DNA of 64,000 nt, from assembly GCA_963667845.2 (NCBI GenBank), contig CAXXVL010000002.1:2976001-3040000 (forward strand), in the 5' to 3' direction. The DNA is from Smithellaceae bacterium (GTDB lineage: Bacteria; Desulfobacterota; Syntrophia; Syntrophales; Smithellaceae). The notes under the pieces are model-generated. The model was given only the letters and a program-made list of their open reading frames with translations. It did no database searches and was not told where the DNA came from. This document shows positions 60,642 to 64,000 of the stretch, one piece after another; the first letter of the stretch is position 1, and every line of letters begins with the position of its first letter. A program made the translations under genes and the position numbers.

Positions 60642-62369
60642 TCAGTAGCGGATGATATTGGCTGACCATGTCTCCTGCAGCAAGCCGCGAATTTCCGGAT
60701 TGAAGTCAAAATTAACAACGTAGAGGCTCTGATCCGTTTTGATTTTGGTACCGTTGAAACCGAAGTGATAAGGCGGTTGATTCTTGTCCAGGCCGGAAAA
60801 CGTAAAATAACCGGACGTAAAAACAAAACTGAAACCGCGCAGAAGTTTTTCCATATTCCTGGCGGGGTCATCCTGATCGGCTACGAAGATGAGTTCGCTG
60901 CCGCTCCTCTCCAGAATATGGGTGAACTGGGGCGGCAGATTACGTGAGAAAATAAGCGTTTTCTTTTCGCCGCGAGTAACAACGATGTCCGCTTTGATGG
61001 ACAGGTTGAACCCGTCCTTTTCAATATTGAAGACTTTGACGTCCGCATCCTTTTCTCCCTGGATGCCCAGGTAGGACAGCAATGCATAGGAAAACTCCTT
61101 GGCGGAAGAAGTCGGCAGAATCGTCATCGGCGGGAGCGAATAAATTTCCTCCGGCTTAGCGGCCAGGCCTCGCTCCTGTGAAATTTCCGTGATGATCCAG
61201 GAATTTTGTTTTGCATAATTCACGACGGCCCGCGGCAGCAATCCATTGTCCTCATAAACGAACCGCAATCCCTGATTTACGAACATGGACTTTTTTGCAT
61301 CTTTTCTGGTGATGACCCAGTCCACAAGAACTTCCATCGGGGGGGCCGAGCCAATGGAAAGAGGATTTTGCGATTTGGTTATCTCATAGGTTTTGGACAC
61401 CCTGAATATCTTTTTCAGCATAACAACGATGTCGTCTTTATCGTCTATTTTGACCAGATGATGGCTGCTCCAGCGGTCACCGATCATTTTCTTAAGCTGA
61501 ACATTGGCGCGATTATCCAGGTCGAGCATGACCGTCGTCTGATCTTCGAATTCAATAACGGGAATACTGGCACAGTCAATCGTCAATTGTTCGGTTCGTG
61601 ATACCGGCAGGTAATAATTTCCGGCAGTGATCATGTTTCCTTTCATTTGTGTGATAATGTGTTTGATGACGGCTATGCGTTCGGCGGGCGTCAAAACAAT
61701 GGCATCCTTCGCCTTGCCGTCCGTCATATCCGTAAGCGGCGATTCGGTCTCGCGGGTCACGGTTTGACTTTTATCCGGAACCGCCCTGTTCGGCGCCAGG
61801 CCCTCTGCACCGGCTTTCAAAGCGGGTCGGCCGTCCGGGAGACGAATCATCTGACCGATGTAGATTCTGTTGACGTCCTTGATGTTCGGGTTCATCGATT
61901 TGATAAGCAGCAGAGTACTTTGCGTGCGCGACGCGATGCGGAGTTCGCGATGTGCAATCCGAATGAGACTGTCGCCTTTTTTGACCTGATACGTCTGAGA
62001 TCCTGTTCCTTCTGATGACGGAGCCGAGAAAGATGATGCAACGTCTCCCGGGGCGGCAGGGCTTTTAACGGGCAGCCGGATGTTCTGTCCTTCATATAAT
62101 TTATCCAGATCGGTGATATCGGGATTCAGCTCCTTGGTCAGCTGGTAATAGCGAGGAATATCCCGCTCGGTTATGCCCGGCAGTCGGCGAATAATTGCGG
62201 AAAGGACATCTCCTTTCTGAACGGTATAAGTCTGTGTGATATTTTTGGTGACGGTTTTCTTGCTGAAGGTCAGTTGCGCCGTGTCTTCACGCTCAGAGAA
62301 TGCGGCAGAAGGAAGCAGAACAATTAAAAGAAAGGAAAGAGCAAGAACCTGCTGAAATGCTTTCCTCAT
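60642..62369 (-). CDS. Secreted protein with two LysM domains
   Basis: Signal peptide; YTVQKGD..NPDI..GQNIRLP and YQVKKGD..NPNI..GQMIRLP. Confidence 0.85.
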   Translation of the reverse strand: MRKAFQQVLALSFLLIVLLPSAAFSEREDTAQLTFSKKTVTKNITQTYTVQKGDVLSAIIRRLPGITERDIPRYYQLTKELNPDITDLDKLYEGQNIRLPVKSPAAPGDVASSFSAPSSEGTGSQTYQVKKGDSLIRIAHRELRIASRTQSTLLLIKSMNPNIKDVNRIYIGQMIRLPDGRPALKAGAEGLAPNRAVPDKSQTVTRETESPLTDMTDGKAKDAIVLTPAERIAVIKHIITQMKGNMITAGNYYLPVSRTEQLTIDCASIPVIEFEDQTTVMLDLDNRANVQLKKMIGDRWSSHHLVKIDDKDDIVVMLKKIFRVSKTYEITKSQNPLSIGSAPPMEVLVDWVITRKDAKKSMFVNQGLRFVYEDNGLLPRAVVNYAKQNSWIITEISQERGLAAKPEEIYSLPPMTILPTSSAKEFSYALLSYLGIQGEKDADVKVFNIEKDGFNLSIKADIVVTRGEKKTLIFSRNLPPQFTHILERSGSELIFVADQDDPARNMEKLLRGFSFVFTSGYFTFSGLDKNQPPYHFGFNGTKIKTDQSLYVVNFDFNPEIRGLLQETWSANIIRY

Positions 62370-62516
62370 TCGTATGTTGCCTCCCCGTATAAAAGAAATA
62401 TACATAATGCTTTTGATTACTTCAAGTATGGAGAAAAGTCAATCCCCATCGGATTCAAGGCGCCGCCGCGGCAGCCCTGTGCGGGTATCGGACACGTGAA
62501 GAAACGGGAAAGCGAA

Positions 62517-63407
62517 TTAAACAACCTTCTTCATTGCAGCAATTGCGACTTCAATCTGATCGTCATCCGGCTCTCGAGTGGTGATCCTCTGCAGTGCGAG
62601 CCCCGGCCAGCTCAGGACCTGAACCAGTTTGAACCCGCTGTGTTTTCCCGTAAAGCGGATTGCTTCGTAGGAAATACCTGCGATGACCGGCATCAGCAGA
62701 ATTTTATAAATGACGCGATGCAGGAAGTCAGGCCGACCCAGAAGCGAAAAGACGAGAATGGATACAATCATCACAAACAAAATAAAGCTGGTGCCGCAGC
62801 GGGGGTGCCGGGTAGAGTATTTTTTAACATTCTCGACTGTCAGATCCTGGCCGTCTTCCCATGCAAAAACGGTTTTATGCTCGGCTCCGTGATACATATA
62901 GACGCGCCGCATGTCCGCCATGAGGAGGGTGGCGCCAAGAAAACAGAGAAAAATACCGAGGCGAACACATCCCTCCAGGATATTAAGCAGAATCAAGCTG
63001 TCAATATACATCTTTATCTTGGTAAAGAAGAATGCCGGTACGACTACAAAGAAAAAGATCGCAACGGCAAAGCTGACAACAAACGAAGCATACATTTCCC
63101 AGCCCTGCGGTTTCTTTTCTTCTTCCGAGAGGGCGACTTCTGCGGAAAACATCAGGCACTGAATGCCGATGATCATCATCTCAAACAAACTGATCGTTCC
63201 GCGGACGAACATCCAACCCAGCGGTTTGTATCGTTTGGTCAACGGGACATAGTCGCGTTCCTGAAAAACGATCTCCTTGTCCGGTCTTCTCACCGCTGCG
63301 GCGATTTTCGTACCATGTCTCATCATGACGCCTTCGAGAATTGCCTGTCCTCCGGCGATATCTTCGGGATTCGGTTTGCAGCCCATAGCTTTGAATTCAC
63401 CATTCAT
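62517..63407 (-). CDS. DUF1385 family membrane protein
   Basis: GGQAILEGVMMR, YHGAEHK, HPRCGTSF, TTREPDD. Confidence 0.9.
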   Translation of the reverse strand: MNGEFKAMGCKPNPEDIAGGQAILEGVMMRHGTKIAAAVRRPDKEIVFQERDYVPLTKRYKPLGWMFVRGTISLFEMMIIGIQCLMFSAEVALSEEEKKPQGWEMYASFVVSFAVAIFFFVVVPAFFFTKIKMYIDSLILLNILEGCVRLGIFLCFLGATLLMADMRRVYMYHGAEHKTVFAWEDGQDLTVENVKKYSTRHPRCGTSFILFVMIVSILVFSLLGRPDFLHRVIYKILLMPVIAGISYEAIRFTGKHSGFKLVQVLSWPGLALQRITTREPDDDQIEVAIAAMKKVV

Positions 63408-63472
63408 TTTTTATCGTGCGTTTTCTTATAGTATTTGACCAGGGCTGTCAAATCATCATTTATAAATGTTTA

Positions 63473-63500
63473 TTGCATGTTTGAGGTCGAATGATATAAT
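63473..63500 (+). promoter_or_regulatory. Sigma70-type promoter
   Basis: TTGCAT, 16 bp, TATAAT with extended -10 TG. Confidence 0.5.
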
Positions 63501-63539
63501 GCATGTCAATCATGTTCGAGGATATCAAGGAGGCTGCAA

Positions 63540-63761
63540 ATGGCGACTATGGATTCATCATCCGCCGCTTTTATCAAGGAGTATCAGGATCGTTTTGAAA
63601 AGAAACTGAGAGAAACCGAAATTGATCTTCTGGAGCACTGGAAAGCGCAACTGGAAAAGATAGAGACTTCAAGACCGGACAGCATCGCTTCTTTGCAGTT
63701 ACAGATCAAAAAAATGTCGGAGATGATGGGGAACCGCATCAAGGTGCTGAAAAAGGGGTAA
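63540..63761 (+). CDS. Small hypothetical helical protein
   Basis: AAGGAGG RBS, upstream promoter, 73-aa ORF adjacent to next gene. Confidence 0.75.
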   Translation: MATMDSSSAAFIKEYQDRFEKKLRETEIDLLEHWKAQLEKIETSRPDSIASLQLQIKKMSEMMGNRIKVLKKG

Positions 63762-63762
63762 G

Positions 63763-64000
63763 ATGGAGAGTATTGCTGATTTCTTGTTTGAGGTGGGAAT
63801 GCTTTGCAAGACCCCCCGCAGCGGTTACCAGTTTCTCGGAAGCGGGCGGGAGTCGGTGGCGGAGCATGTCTTGAGAACAGTATTTATCGGTTATGCCCTG
63901 TGTAAACTCAATCCTGCTCTGGATGAACTGCGCGTTTTGAAGATGTGCGTTTTGCATGATCTTCCCGAGGCGCGAACGGGCGACATGAATTATGTCAATA
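63763..64000 (+). CDS. HD domain hydrolase (YfbR/HDDC2-like), truncated by window
   Basis: MESIADFLFEVGML..TPRSG...ESVAEH...LHDLPEARTGD. Confidence 0.88.
   Translation, partial: MESIADFLFEVGMLCKTPRSGYQFLGSGRESVAEHVLRTVFIGYALCKLNPALDELRVLKMCVLHDLPEARTGDMNYVN

Overview
A gene-dense chromosomal window of moderate GC. Gene content (Desulfovibrio-type metal-binding Adk, ferredoxin:thioredoxin-reductase-like gene, mannose-family PTS, DUF4301) suggests an anaerobic deltaproteobacterium, possibly Syntrophales/Smithella-like; this is inference, not a database result. 1-27.5 kb is mostly housekeeping: PTS IIB/IIC, rimI, pyrK-pyrD, hemW, lepA, adk, cmk-rpsA-sppA-ihfB, psd-pssA-rsmD-coaD-aminotransferase-purF-like, ispG-proS-rel, amidase-rph-rdgB-tRNA-Pro(UGG). 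After the tRNA comes an accessory-looking block: a GntR/FCD-regulated ABC transporter with an embedded cysteine hydrolase and glycerate kinase, then an AhpD-like gene, a Zn-ADH and an RND pump. It is followed by an Rrf2-nadA-metX-metW-ridA-MOSC operon, cell-wall enzymes, budA, a liv operon, DUF4301, a PP-loop tRNA-thiolase-like gene, LysM, DUF1385 and a partial HD-domain gene. No CRISPR array, integrase, transposase or rRNA was seen. Most notable: (1) a stand-alone Cys-rich sigma70-region-4 mini-protein downstream of a glutaredoxin/FTR pair and next to a ~120-nt candidate structured RNA; (2) three copies of a miniature palindromic element resembling IS200/IS605 ends; (3) the uncharacterised uptake-hydrolase-kinase operon with a probably leaderless regulator; (4) a PurF homologue lacking its catalytic N-terminal Cys; (5) decayed GGDEF and probable acetolactate-synthase remnants. 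All product calls come from motifs read by eye.
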